A stretch of 64,000 nt of DNA from Tubiluchus corallicola (GCA_030141605.1 JAQGDQ010001034.1:4664-68663), one strand, 5' to 3'; counted from the stretch's first letter, positions 44,601 to 57,364 are shown. Notes: generated from the letters alone by a model not told the origin. Numbers and translations are program-made.

Positions 44601-47600
44601 TTAAACAAAAATTTCGTGTCCCGAAAAAAGAATCAAACATGTCGATGCCACCACAAGGCATATAAACAAAATGAAACACATCCTGTCCATCACCATGGCA
44701 ATGAATTGCCACTCCACCGCTACATATTTGTCCTCCTCTTTAGCTCGAATTCTTGTCGTGATGTACTTGATCTCCCGAATGATCAAATTCAACTCGTTGC
44801 TAATTCCCGAAGCCTGTACGGAAAAACCCGAACTGTTTCCGACGTCCGTGATTCGGACCGTCCCGTTTTCTCGGACGTCTAGATGGGCCGTGCTTGGTCG
44901 CTTGGTTTGTCCTGTTAGTAGACATTTTGAGGCTTCGTTGACTGTGTTACCTGCTGATGGTTTGAACATTTTATTCAAGTGAGGGAAATTAAAATGTTTG
45001 AACTCTGTGTGGCGCTTCGGTCGCTTCATTAGCAAAATTTTTGGCAAAAAGTCGATGAACAGCTTGCGCATCTGTAACAGAAAACAAAAAATTAAAAACT
45101 AAATGAACAATTCATAAATGAACGAAAAAACCGAGAAGAAAAATTACAGTTGAATCTGAATTTGAACTAGGATCCCTTTTATTGCAAGACCGTTGTCTTG
45201 ACAACTGTACTATTCAGTCCTATATTATTGTGCAATGTTATCCAAACTTGCCGCAAATGACTTACCGTTAAAATAGCTGCGTTTAGCTGTCATCGTGTGA
45301 GTTTAAATTTACAAGTTTTATACAGCGTTACTGCTATCGTAAGTCCTGTATGCAATGAAGCAGCACGTAAGTGATACAAAATTTCAAGACGAATTTTTCA
45401 AGCTTTGTTTCACGAGGGGTGTTTCCTTGTGCCTTAATTAAAGCACCAGAAAACCCTCCACTTACATAAAACTTAAGAAATTCGTCTCGAAATTTTATAC
45501 CACTTACATACCACCTTTTCATATGCATGGCTTGCGTCCGAAGTAACGCTGTATAAGACTTGTAAATTTAAACTCCCGCGATGACCGTTAGGCGCAGCCA
45601 TTTTAATGGTAGGTCGTTTGATACAAGTTTAGATAACATTAAGTAAAGTTTGAAAAAATAATCAGAGCATTCGTAGCATACATGTTGCTAATTAAGTAAA
45701 ATTTTAAATTACTATATCTTGTCAATAAGATTAAAAATACGTTTTTGGCTAATGAGTGGCGCACCCTGGAGGGTGAGTCAGCGACATTTTACCAATTGGC
45801 ACAAACATTTTAAATTATTATTTCTAGTTACATAAGTCTTTCCAGCAGGTAAGTGAAATGCTAAGTAATATAAATTTTCATGGAAAGTTTTTTGGGTCAT
45901 AATTTAACATTTCCTTTTCTTCCTCTGATTTACGTGGCGTAGTGACGTCATGTAATGGCGCCGTCGGAACAGTATTGCGGGAGATTTAAAATGAAAACAA
46001 ACAAAAATTCCTCTCAACGCGAATACGATATGTGCATAAAATTGCTGTAAAGTAGTGTAATTTTTTAAGGCGATTTTTCTGACACAAACTTCAGGTACCT
46101 CTTTTCTTGCCCTTCATTATGACTGTTAGACTTTCTTTACACACTTAGACTGCCATTAGAAGAAATTCAGTTGGAGCAAACATTACTCACTTTAACAGTT
46201 TTTATTACCGGTCAATTATAAGCTCAGGAAATGTCAAAGTTGTTCCACAACTCGCTGGCCTAGACCACAGAACGCTTCCCTTGATATAAAAAGCAACAGA
46301 AAATGTCAACAAAGTTATGCTATCCTAGCCCTGTCGTAGCCCACAAGTATGGCGCCAAGTTTGTTGACAAAATATTAGGCGACATGCGTATGCTTTTATC
46401 ACTTTAAGAACCTCACTCATTGAAGATCAGACGTCGGTTACTTCATTAATGTGCATTCTGACAATTCGCGAGACATTCCCCCTAGATCGCGATCAGCGCA
46501 GCTGACTGTGAGACTTAAACCGACTTTATTACAGAAACGCATAACTCATGTCCCTGGCGCACGTAATTGCAAGAATCATGGTGAAGATGACGTTATGAGA
46601 TCTCAAAATTTTCTCTGTACATTACCCGTGTGGTTCAAGGTAAATGACGCATGTAACCGATAACATCTTCCCTGGCTAATACTTCTTTATACAAAATTTA
46701 GCTAGGAATACTTAGATTTCAGATTTCTTCCTTTTGCGACTCTGTTTAATATCAGAGTGTCTTAATTAAAGGAAAACCGGATGATTGTTTAGACTCAATC
46801 TCATTTTATTTTACTGTCCAAAATATACATTTTCTTGCCTGTAAAAGTTAACAATTGCTCGTATATTTTAATAATTAGCTTAGAAAGTTAATTAACGGCA
46901 GCCGAACACAGCTATTGCCTACATCAGAAACTAACCACAGTTTGGGCAATGGCAGGCGTCTTCCCTTGCGCGTCAAGTACATTTGTGTAAGTGTTACTGC
47001 TTAAACGCATGATGTCACGAAAATAGGCTCTACATCATATGACGTCAGAAACTAACACTGCAGTTCATGATCATGATTATCACGGTACCGCCTTCTATTT
47101 GTCGGCCAGGCGAATGTGACAAAAAGGTAGCAATCTTAGTAGATTCACTGAGCCGCGTGTAGCTTTGAAAGTTTAACAAAATTTGACTATCCGAGGTAAT
47201 TATTATTTAATCTAAGCGTTGATTTAAAAAAAAGCTATTGTAATTTTTGGTATTTAAGCATAGTTCATTCTGAACTGATGTTTAGGCAAATTCCGGTTTT
47301 CTTTTAATTCTTTAAATTTGAAAATAAAACTTCAGTGACTGTTTAAGCGTGATGTATGTTTGATTCTCTGACTACATTGCAGCCATGTTTTGATTTACGT
47401 TTTTAAATATGCAGGGAAGAGAGAATGTTTTGCCCGGCGACTCACAGAGCGCATTAGTCTTCATTAACGCCGTCGTGGAAGCAATGAATAAATTGTGTGG
47501 ATAATATGCAACGCATGCGCACACTGAAACCTACAAATACAGTATCATCACAATCAGGGATTAAAAATGGAATAAACTAAACATTTGAGTCGACGATGTA

Positions 47601-50600
47601 AAATGCTAATTGATTTGATCTGATGTAATAAGTTACTGTAATTTCTTTTACGAAATCGATCTACGTAGGAAACTTTAGAAAGAAGTAGAGCATCCGAGTT
47701 CTGCATTGAATGTTAAGCTACGCTGGAACTGTAAAACGAATGGATGGGTGACCGCCAGTTTCAATACATACACACTATGTGGCTTCTTTTTGTTATGCTG
47801 TGAGTTCGTATTTCTTCGTTAAGTACGACGTATACATACATTCCTACGCGGCTGATGCATCTCTGTCAATTCAATGTCTCATCTCGGAGATTATCATTGA
47901 CAATGAGCTAAGTTCCGGTTCTGCAATATACTGCGAAAACGACATATTCGCTTTGAAAGCTGGAACTCAGAGCTTGCAGAATGAAAAACCGTATGAAACA
48001 GTATTTTCAGTTGAGCCATCCTTCCCAAAAGCAACAACAGCATGCTTGAATATTATCAGCGACACTAATTTGACGAAGAGACATGTCCTGCCATGAACGC
48101 CTACTGGCCCTGATTTGACGAAGAGACATGTCCTGCCATGATCGCCTACTGGCCCTGATTTGACAAAGAGACATGACCTGCCATGAACGCCTACTGGCCC
48201 TGATTTGACACAGAGTCATGACCTCCCATGAATGTCCACTGATACCTGATTTGACACAGAGTTATGACCTGCCATGAATGCCTACTGACCCTGATTTGAC
48301 GAAGAGACATGACCTGCCATGAACGCCTACTGGCCCTGATTTGACGAAGAGACATGTCCTGCCATGAACGCCTACTGACCCTGATTTGACGAAGAGACAT
48401 GACCTGCCATGAATGCCTACTGGCCCTGATTTGACACAGAGTCATGACCTCCCATGAATGTCCACTGATACCTGATTTGACACAGAGTTATGACCTGCCA
48501 TGAATGCCTACTGACCCTGATTTGACACAGAGACATGACCTGCCATGAATGCCCACTGACCCTGATTTGACACAGAGACATGACCTCCCATGAATGCCTA
48601 CTGACCCTGATTTGACACAGAGACATGACCTCCCATGAATGCCTACTGACCCTGATTTGACACAGAGACATGACCTGCCATGAACGCCTACTGGCCCTGA
48701 TTTGACACAGAGACATGACCTGCCATAAATGCCCACTGACCCTGATTTGACACAGAGACATGACCTCCCATGAATGCCTACTGACCCTGATTAGACACAG
48801 AGACATGACCTGCCATGAATGCCCACTGATAACTGATTTGACACAGAGTTATGACCTGCCATGAATACCCGCTGATACCTGATTTCACTCAGAGACATGA
48901 CCTGATATGAACGCCTACTGATACCTGATTTCACTCAGAGACATGACCTGATATGAACGCCTACTGATACCTGATTTCACTCAGAGACATGACCTGCCAT
49001 GAATGCTCACTGACTCTGATTTGATACAGAGGCATGGCCTACCATGAATGCCCATTGACCCTGATTTGACACAGAGTTATGACCTGCCATGAATGCCTAC
49101 TGACCCTGATTTGACACAGAGTTATGACCTGCCATGAATGCCTACTGACCCTGATTTTACACAGAGTTATGACCTGCCATGAACGCCTACTGATACCTGA
49201 TTTCACTCAGAGACATGACCTGCCATGAATGCTCACTGACCCTGATTTGACACAGAGAAATGACCTGCCATGAATGCCCAATGACCCTGATTTGACACAG
49301 AGTTATGACCTGCCATGAATACCCGCTGTGTAACTTTGGTGTTCAGGAAGTTAAACGACCAATGACGATTCTTACACGTGTTTACTGCAAAGACTTGTGT
49401 TCAAACAGCTGCTGCGTCCATGAACGTCTCTAGTAATTGACTTACCCAACTGAATTATCTAGGTGCAAAAGAATAGGTTGTCAAACAGCCATGGTGCAAA
49501 GGAATAAGTTGTCAAATAGCCATGGTGCAAAATCATAAGTTGTCAAATAGATATGGTGCAAAATCATAAGTTGTCAAATAGCCATGGTGCAAAAGAATAC
49601 TTTGCAATGACTTATCCAAACAGCTATGATGAAAAAGCATACCTTGTAATGACTTACCTAAACAGCCATGGTGAAAAAGAATACTTTGCAATGACTTACC
49701 TAAACAGCCATGGTGAAAAAGAATACTTTACAATGACTTACCTAAACAGCCATGGTGAAAAAGAATACTTTGCAATGACTTACCTAAACAGCCATGGTGA
49801 AAAAGAATACTTTGCAATGACTTATCCAAACAGCCATGATGAAAAAGAATACTTTGTAATGACTTACCTAAACAGCCATGGTGAAAAAGAATACTTTGTA
49901 ATGACTTACCTAAACAGCCATGGTGAAAAAGAATACCTTGTAATGACTTACCTAAATAGCCATGGTGAAAAAGAATACTTTGTAATGACTTACCTAAACT
50001 GCCATGGTGAAAAAGAATACGTTGCAATGACTTATCCAAACAGCTATGATGAAAAAGAATACTTTGTAATGACTTACCTAAACAGAAATGGTGAAAAAGA
50101 ATACTTTGCAATGACTTACCCAAACAGCCATGATGAAAAAGAATACTTTGCAATGACATACCCAAGCAGCCATGGTGAAAAAGAATACTTTTCAATGACT
50201 TACCCAAACAGCCATGATGAAAAAGAATACTTTGTAATGACTTACCCAAAAGCCATGGTGAAAAAGAACACTTTGCAGTGACTTACCCAAACAGCCATGA
50301 TGAAAAAGAATACTTTGTAATGACTTACCCAAACAGCCATGGTGAAAAAGAACACATTGCAATGACTTACCCAAACAGCCACGATGAAAAAGAATACTTT
50401 GCAATGACTTATCCAAACAGCTATGATGAAAAAGAATACTTTGTAATGACTTACCTAAACAGCCATGATGAAAAAGAATACTTTTCAATGACTTACCCAA
50501 ACAGCCATGATGAAAAAGAATACTTTTCAATGACTTACCCGAACAGCCATGGTGAAAAAGAATACTTTGTTATGACTTACCCAAACAGCCATGGTGTGGG

Positions 50601-53600
50601 TGTCTGCTGTCCTGTGGTGATAGTTGAGAACGATCACAGTAAACATGACAGAAAGTGATACGATCACCATTATGCACGTCAAGTAAATTCCTGAAAAAAC
50701 AAAATGTCGCCGAAGTTCCGTAATTTGGTTCACACGAAAAAATTTCACAACACGGAATGGTAGGAAATAGTTGGATTGCTGAGACTAAATGTTTGAGATA
50801 CCGGAAGGTAACTAAATATTTATGCATTATTAACTAATAACCAAAGTTAGGAATATTGATAGTTTGTTTGCGACCTAAAAAGATGATCAGAAGATAATTA
50901 TATTAAGTTGTTCATAGTGTAAAGTAGTTAACGAAGGAACTTAGTATATTTAGTCGTGTAAAGCAAAACGTTTCTGGACAATATCGTATTGAAAACAAAG
51001 GCGTTAAAGGAATACCGGATGATTGTTTAGATTCAATCTGGTTTTATTTTACCGTCCAAAGTATACATTTTCTTGCCTATAAAAGTTAATTATTGTTCCT
51101 TATATTTGAATAATTAGCTTAGAAAGTTAATTAACGGCAACCGAACACAGCTGTTACTTACGTCAGAAACTAACCACAGTTTGTGCAATGGCAGGCGTCT
51201 TCCCTTGCGCGTCAAGCACGTTTGCATAAGTGTTACAGTACTATTTAAACGCATGATGTCACGAAAAATGGGCTTTACATCATATGACATCAGAAACTAA
51301 CACTGGTTATCACGGTACTGCCTTCTATTTGTCGGCCACGCGCACGTGACAAAAAGGCACCGTTGCCAATCTTAGTAGATTCAGTGAGCCGCTCGTAGCT
51401 TTGACAGTTTGACTATTGTACAAAAAAATTTGACTATCCGAGGTAACTATTATTTAATCTAAGCTTTGATTTAAAAAAAGTTATTGTAGTTTTCAATATT
51501 TTAGAGCATTCTTTATTCTGAACTAATGTCTGCACAATCATCCTGTTTTCCTTTAGGGATCAGTACTGGCAGCACTTTTATGCCAAAATTGGTCTTCTGT
51601 CTTTAAATGTATTCTGTTACTACTGATTCCTAAATATTTTCAGCACTAACTAATGACCACTGAGTCTTAAACTCTTGTTGGCAAATGGAGTTTCTCTAGG
51701 CCTCTAAATGGACGCAGGCATGGATAAAGAACCTGCATAATCAACTGATTTCTGTTGCATGAAGAGATGAAGTTGGCGTACGCCAGCCTTTAGACCAACT
51801 TTTGAAACAATTCTTCTAGTTGGTGTATGCCAGCCTTTAGACCAACTTTTGAACAATTCTTGTGGTTCGTGTATGAGAGTCTTTAGACCAACTTGTGAGT
51901 AATTCTTGTGCTTGGTGTACGCCAGCCTTTAGACCAACTTGCGAGTAATTCTTGTGCTTGATGTACGAGAGCCTTTAGACTAACTTGTGAGTAATTCTTG
52001 TGGTTGGTGTATGCCAACCTTTAGACCAACCTTTGAACAATTCTTGTGGTTGGTGTGCGAGAGCCTTTAGACCAACTTGTGAACAATTCTTGTGGTTGGT
52101 GTACGCCAGCCTTTAGTCCAACTTTTGAACAATTCTTGTGGTTGGTGTACGCCAGCCTTTAGTCCAACTTTTGAACAATTCTTGTGGTTGGTGTGCGAGA
52201 GCCTTTAGACCAACTTGTGAGTAATTCTTGTGCTTGGTGTACGAGAGCCTTTAGACCAACTTATGAGTAATTCTTGTGCTTGGTGTACGCCAGCGTTTAG
52301 ACCAACTTTTGAACAATTCCTGTGGTTGGTGTACGAGAGCCTTTAGACCAACTTACGAGTAATTCTTGTGGTTGGTATACGCCAGCTTTTAGACCAACTT
52401 ATGAGCAATTCTTGTGGTTGGTGTACGAGAGCCTTTAGACCAACTTATGAGCAATTCTTGAGGTTGGTGTACGAGAGCCTTTAGACCTACTTATGAGTGA
52501 TTCTTGTGGTTGGTGTATGCCAGCCTTTAGACCAACTTATGAACAAATTCTTGTGGTTGGTGTACGAGAGCCTTTAGTCCAACTTGTGAGCAATTCTTGA
52601 GGTTGGTGTACGAGAGCCTTTAGACCAACTTATGAGTAATTCTTGTGGTTGGTATACGCCAGCCTTTAGACCAACTTATGAGCAATTCTTGTGGTTGGTG
52701 TACGAGAGCCTTTAGACCAACTTATGAGTAATTCTTGTGGTTGGTATACGCCAGCCTTTAGACCAACTTACGAGCAATTCTTGTGGTTGGTGTACGAGAG
52801 CCTTTAGTCCAACTTGTGAGCAATTCTTGAGGTTGGTGTACGAGAGCCTTTAGACCAACTTTTGAACAATTCTTGTGGTTGGTGTATGCCAGCCTTTAGA
52901 CCAACTTGTGAACTATTCTTGTGGTTGGTGTACGCCAGCCTTTAGTCCAACTTTTGAACAATTCTTGTGGTTGGTGTACGAGAGCCTTTAGACCAACTTG
53001 TGAGCAATTCTTGAGGTTGGTGTACGCCAGCCTTTAGTCCAGCGTTTGAGCAATTCAGAAAAGCAATCAACATTCATTAGCATTTACAACGTTTCGCCAT
53101 CCCCCAATTTTTAAAATATCAATATGACAAGATTAGGAAACCAATGTGGCTCCACCTACCTATAAGCGGTACAGCATCTGATGTTGGCGGCATGGTTTCC
53201 GCTACCAATAGCAAGAATACTGTCAGAGACAGCAAAATCGTAACACCTGTGACAAAAGATTGAAGTTAATCGTAAAATTTAAACACTCAGACGGTCTTAT
53301 AAATTATGAAAGAACTGAAAATGCGTGCAGAAGAAAATTAAACCAGAGAAATCACTACACAAAAGCATGCAAACATTAGTAATTATCATGCTTTATTGAG
53401 TTTGAGGGATTAACTGGATCCTCCTCAGTCTGGGATCCTCCTAACAGCTAAGCACTGCTACCATATTTCGTTGGGTTTCTGTGCTTGAATGGACCATAGA
53501 CAGTGCATCCCAGCAGGTACTTGCAGAGCGCGGAAATTCAGTTAAGCCCAGAAACCAATAAAGCATGGCAATAGTTGATAACCTCTTGTCCTTACGCAGT

Positions 53601-53935
53601 GATTTCATTAAAAATTTATTACAGTATTACATTCATCAGTGTGCTAAACATCAGAAGATCGAGTGTAATATTATATAGTACTGAATGTTAAATAATATTT
53701 GTACCATCCTGCAAAATGTGACATCACAACTATGTCTTACCAAGTGTTAGTTTTTCCCCAGATTGTGGTGGTAGAGTGAATCCCAGTAGAGTCATAGAAC
53801 TAATCAGAACGCACGGAATGACTACGTTGAATAGATAATACATGGTTCTGCGTCGAATGTGTACAATAAACGTTGCATCGTAGTATGGTTCTGGACAACA
53901 GGCGTACTTTCTTATGTTTCGAACAGCTGGTACAC
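44601..53935 (-). CDS. Nicotinic acetylcholine receptor alpha subunit, alpha7-like (5'-partial; last four exons)
   Basis: Exons 53935-53741 (195 nt; loop C YACCPEPY with vicinal cysteines, RRRTMYY, M1, [11 protein letters not shown]), 53246-53160 (87 nt; M2 [29 protein letters not shown]), 50690-50581 (110 nt; M3, [16 protein letters not shown]), 45071-44601 ([18 protein letters not shown]...[15 protein letters not shown]4, TAA). The 195/87/110 exon pattern matches my recollection of CHRNA7 exons 7-9. Upstream exons were not found in 53936-64000. Confidence 0.95.
45438..46116 (-). mobile_element. MITE family R2 (reverse), tail-to-tail with a partial forward R2 at ~45250-45437
   Basis: Junction TTAATTAA at 45434-45441; reverse-complement homology to 30445-31139. 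Confidence 0.85.
46766..47307 (+). mobile_element. MITE family R1 copy
   Basis: TTAA-AGGAAAACCGG...CCGGTTTTCTT-TTAA. Confidence 0.88.
48065..49325. repeat. 45-bp minisatellite, ~28 copies, last nAChR intron
   Basis: Unit CCTGATTTGACACAGAGACATGACCTGCCATGAATGCCTACTGAC. Confidence 0.96.
49575..50596 (-). repeat. 42-bp minisatellite made of the nAChR M3 exon end plus 5' splice site, 24 units
   Basis: Sense unit CACCATGGCTGTTT(G/A)G|GTAAGTCATT(G/A)CAAAGTATTCTTTTT; the first unit is the real exon junction at 50581/50580. Confidence 0.96.
51004..51556 (+). mobile_element. MITE family R1 copy
   Basis: TTAA-AGGAATACCGGATGATTG...CAATCATCCTGTTTTCCT-TTAG. Confidence 0.88.
51772..53056. repeat. 46-bp minisatellite, ~28 copies, nAChR intron between the M2 and M3 exons
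   Basis: Unit TTGGTGTACG(CC/AG)AGCCTTTAGACCAACTT(T/A/G)TGA(A/G)CAATTCTTGTGG. Confidence 0.96.
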
Positions 53936-53969
53936 CTAAATACAGGCATTACCATTTGTTTTACTGTGA

Positions 53970-54166
53970 TACAACTACTACAGTGACAACAATGATGAGA
54001 ATGACAAGGGCAACCATGGTGACTGCAGTGACAAAAATGGTAGCACACAACAACCGTCACTGGCGTTGTCAACAACAACGACAACAACTACAATGACAAC
54101 AACCGCCATCGGCACTGTCAGCAGCAACGATAACAAGAACAAGAACAACAACAACGACAGCGACAG

Positions 54167-54255
<89 letters not shown>

Positions 54256-54586
54256 GCAGCAGCAACAGCAACAACACCAACAGCAGCAGCAGCAGCAACA
54301 GCAACAGCAGCAACAACAACAAGAACAGCAGCAACATTGACAACGCTAATGACAGGGATAGCAGCAAGAACAAAACAGGAGCGACACAACAACGACGACA
54401 GCGACAACAACAACAACAACAATGACACCACAACAACAACAACAACAACAACAACAGAAACAAGCCAACAGCAACAGCAGCAGCAACAACAACAACAGCA
54501 GCAGCAACATTGACAACGATAATGACAGGGATAACAGCAAGAACAGAAGAGGAGCGACACAACGACGACGACAGCGACAACAACAG
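53970..54586. repeat. (CAA/CAG/CGA)n repeat just upstream of the nAChR loop C exon acceptor
   Basis: Directly visible. Confidence 0.95.
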
Positions 54587-55181
54587 CTTGACAGAAGCCC
54601 ATTCAGAAAATGAAGTGAGAAAAAAGATTATTTTACGATGCAATAAGCAAAAAAAAAACAGGTCAAAAAATGAGTCAAATTTTCACTTTACGATATGGCT
54701 GTGATCTTCTACAATTTCATAAGTGAGCTTCGATACAACCATGCAATGAGTAAAAAAGAAAATTTATTAATTTATTAATAATAATATATTAATTTATTTA
54801 ATCTTATGTAGCTAACGTAAAGCATTGCTAAAGAAATTACTTAGCGATTCGCTTTATGATATAGAAGTGTGATAAGTCTTAAATGAGCTTTGTTAGAACC
54901 ATAAAAATAATTTTATTTAACTATAAATGACTAAAGACAATATCTGTCAGCTTTATGCAGACTTTAGTCTGGGTAGGTTGATCGAGTTTTAGGTCAGGAT
55001 ATAGTGAAACCATTAAACGAATTACATTGCCTAAGATTGCTCTGGTGGCAGTCCCAAAGGCATAAATACTGCTTAGTTTGACTAATATAGCAGCTATATC
55101 ATTCACATCTTCAAAAACCTTTAGCTGCCTTAATTCCGTTTTTGTTAAACCGCTAGAAACGCGCACGCTGCCAGGAATGGG

Positions 55182-55852
55182 TTACAGGACAAGAAAAGGG
55201 GCACCTGAAGTAGATTTCAGAAAAATCGCATTAAAAATTTATCTTACCTTATAGCAATTTTGCGTGTATATATTACTCGCGTTGAAAGGATTTTTTGTTT
55301 GTTTTCATTTTAAAATTCCCGCAATACTGTCCCGACGGCGCTATTACGTAACGTCACTATGCCACGTAAATCAGGGGAAGAAAAGGAAATGTTAAACTAT
55401 GTCCCATGTCCCACAAAACTTTCCACGAAAAGTTATATTACTTAGCATTTCGCTTACCTGCTTGAAAGACTTACGTAACTAGAAACGAAAATTGTTAATT
55501 ATTTAAAATGTTTTCACTAACTGGTAAAATGTCGTTGACTCACCCTCCAGGGTGCCTCACTCACTAACCAAAACAACGTATTTTTAATCTTATTAAAATA
55601 ATTTAAAATTTAAAATAATTTAAAATTTTACTTAGTTAATGAGGTGTGCACTACGAATACTCTGATTATTTTTTCCAACTTTACGCAATGTTAACTAAAC
55701 TTGTTTAAAATGACTTATCGTCAAAATGGCTGCGTCTAACGGTCATCGCGGGAGTTTAAATTTACATGTTCTACACAGCGTTACTGCCTACGCAAGCCCT
55801 GTTTCAAGACGAATTTTTTAAGCTTTAAGCTTAAGCGGCGGGTTTCTTGTGT
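55182..55852 (+). mobile_element. MITE family R2 copy
   Basis: AGGACAAGAAAAGGGGCACCTGAAGTAG...GGTTTCTTGTGT. Confidence 0.8.
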
Positions 55853-55889
55853 ACCAGTTGTAAAACTTTCTGTTCAAGCCGGGTGGATA

Positions 55890-56423
55890 CAGGGGCGGAT
55901 GCAGGTTTTAGAACAACGGTGGGGGCGGATACAGGTTTTAGAACAACGGTGGGGGCGGATACAGGTTTTAGAACAACGGTGGGGGCGGATACAGGTTTTA
56001 GAACAACGGTGGGGGCAGATACAGGTTTTAGAACAACGGCGGGCCCAACAGAAAAGCAGTTAGGGGGATATGGGGGAGAGGTATAAACTCCCCTGCGAGG
56101 TCCACCCAGACAACAATACAATTTACTGCATTTTGGACCACTTTTCTGCCTTTTAGAAACCATTTCCTATAGGAAGCTCACAGGTGCAGAACAGGTGTCA
56201 CCTCACCCTTGACTCAAAGTTACATACCAATATATTGATACGCACTGTACATAACTCTCATCTGTTTTCTTTTGATCTATTATCTTTACAGGTATAAGGC
56301 ACCTTTAAGATTTAGCAAATCGTCCTAATGCTTATAATTCAGAGAACTATAAGGCGCATTGCAACTGTTACTGTAAAAGGGTGGGCCCAAAACCTTTGAA
56401 CCCACCCACTAAATCCGCCACTG
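55890..56423 (+). mobile_element. CAG(G/T)GGCGGAT...ATCCGCCACTG MITE with its left end amplified as a 30-bp x5 tandem
   Basis: GGGGCGGATACAGGTTTTAGAACAACGGTG x5 at 55890-56045; same family as 9325-9780. Confidence 0.7.
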
Positions 56424-56728
56424 GTATTGTTCATACTGTAATGCTTCTACAGTTCGAAAATACTGTCTGTACTCTTCTAACTGTTACGTTTTACTGGAAA
56501 GAACGTTCATCACTTGCAAAACTGTCTTTCTCTAGCCATATTGTAATCTTTGCTAGTACGATAAAACAACGTTTTAACTAAATTTAAACTCTCTTTTTTC
56601 TATGACCATCAAGACATGTCCGCCGGGCCTATTTCAGGGAGGGAGTGGGGATACTTCCCCGGGGCCTCACCCTCCACGGGACCTCGCGCCAAGGTAACAT
56701 TTTTTTGCTTTATGCGAACATACTGCCT

Positions 56729-56875
<147 letters not shown>

Positions 56876-57364
56876 CAGCACGCGCGCCATTTGCCAGCAT
56901 TGACAAGTATTAAGGACTGGTCTTGAGAATAAAGCAGTTTTTCTTTCAATTGTTCTTTCCTTTAACAACTGTATAACTCCATATTTTCTCTTCGAAAATG
57001 CTTCTCCGGCGTTCTAGCAGCTCAAAAATTTTCTGACCACCAACCATGGTGGCGCCCGCCCCCCGGCGCTCCCCCCCCGACCGGGGCCTCACACGCCCCA
57101 CTTCCCCGGGCCTAGCTTAGGCTGTAATGGGCCCTGCACGTCCGTTGCAAACAAGCTGCAGAGGCAGATGCACTTTCTCTTTTTTAATTAAGCTTCTGAA
57201 ACTCTCCATTTTGTTGAATTTAATCAGCATTTTAAGCGGTTGATCATTCAGCAACGTGGCTTTCATTACTGAAATTAAATCAGTCAATGTTTGTCCTTTA
57301 ATGCCGTCTTCTCTGGAGAAATTCATTCATTTGGAGCAACAATTGTTGTGGTGAATTAGAAATT

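Noticed and set aside
44596-44603. AATAAA overlapping the nAChR stop codon (TAAATAAA)
   Set aside because: Expected by chance in AT-rich DNA; cannot be supported without 3'-end data.
49553-50658. 242-aa and 126-aa + strand ORFs with ([14 protein letters not shown])n repeats
   Set aside because: Antisense reading of the 42-bp splice-junction minisatellite; the period of 42 explains the open frame, and a 1-bp deletion splits it.
50691-53740. Mutually exclusive duplicate M2 exons as in insect nAChR alpha6 exon 8a/b/c
   Set aside because: Only one 87-nt M2 exon was found by eye; the flanking introns are MITE and minisatellite.
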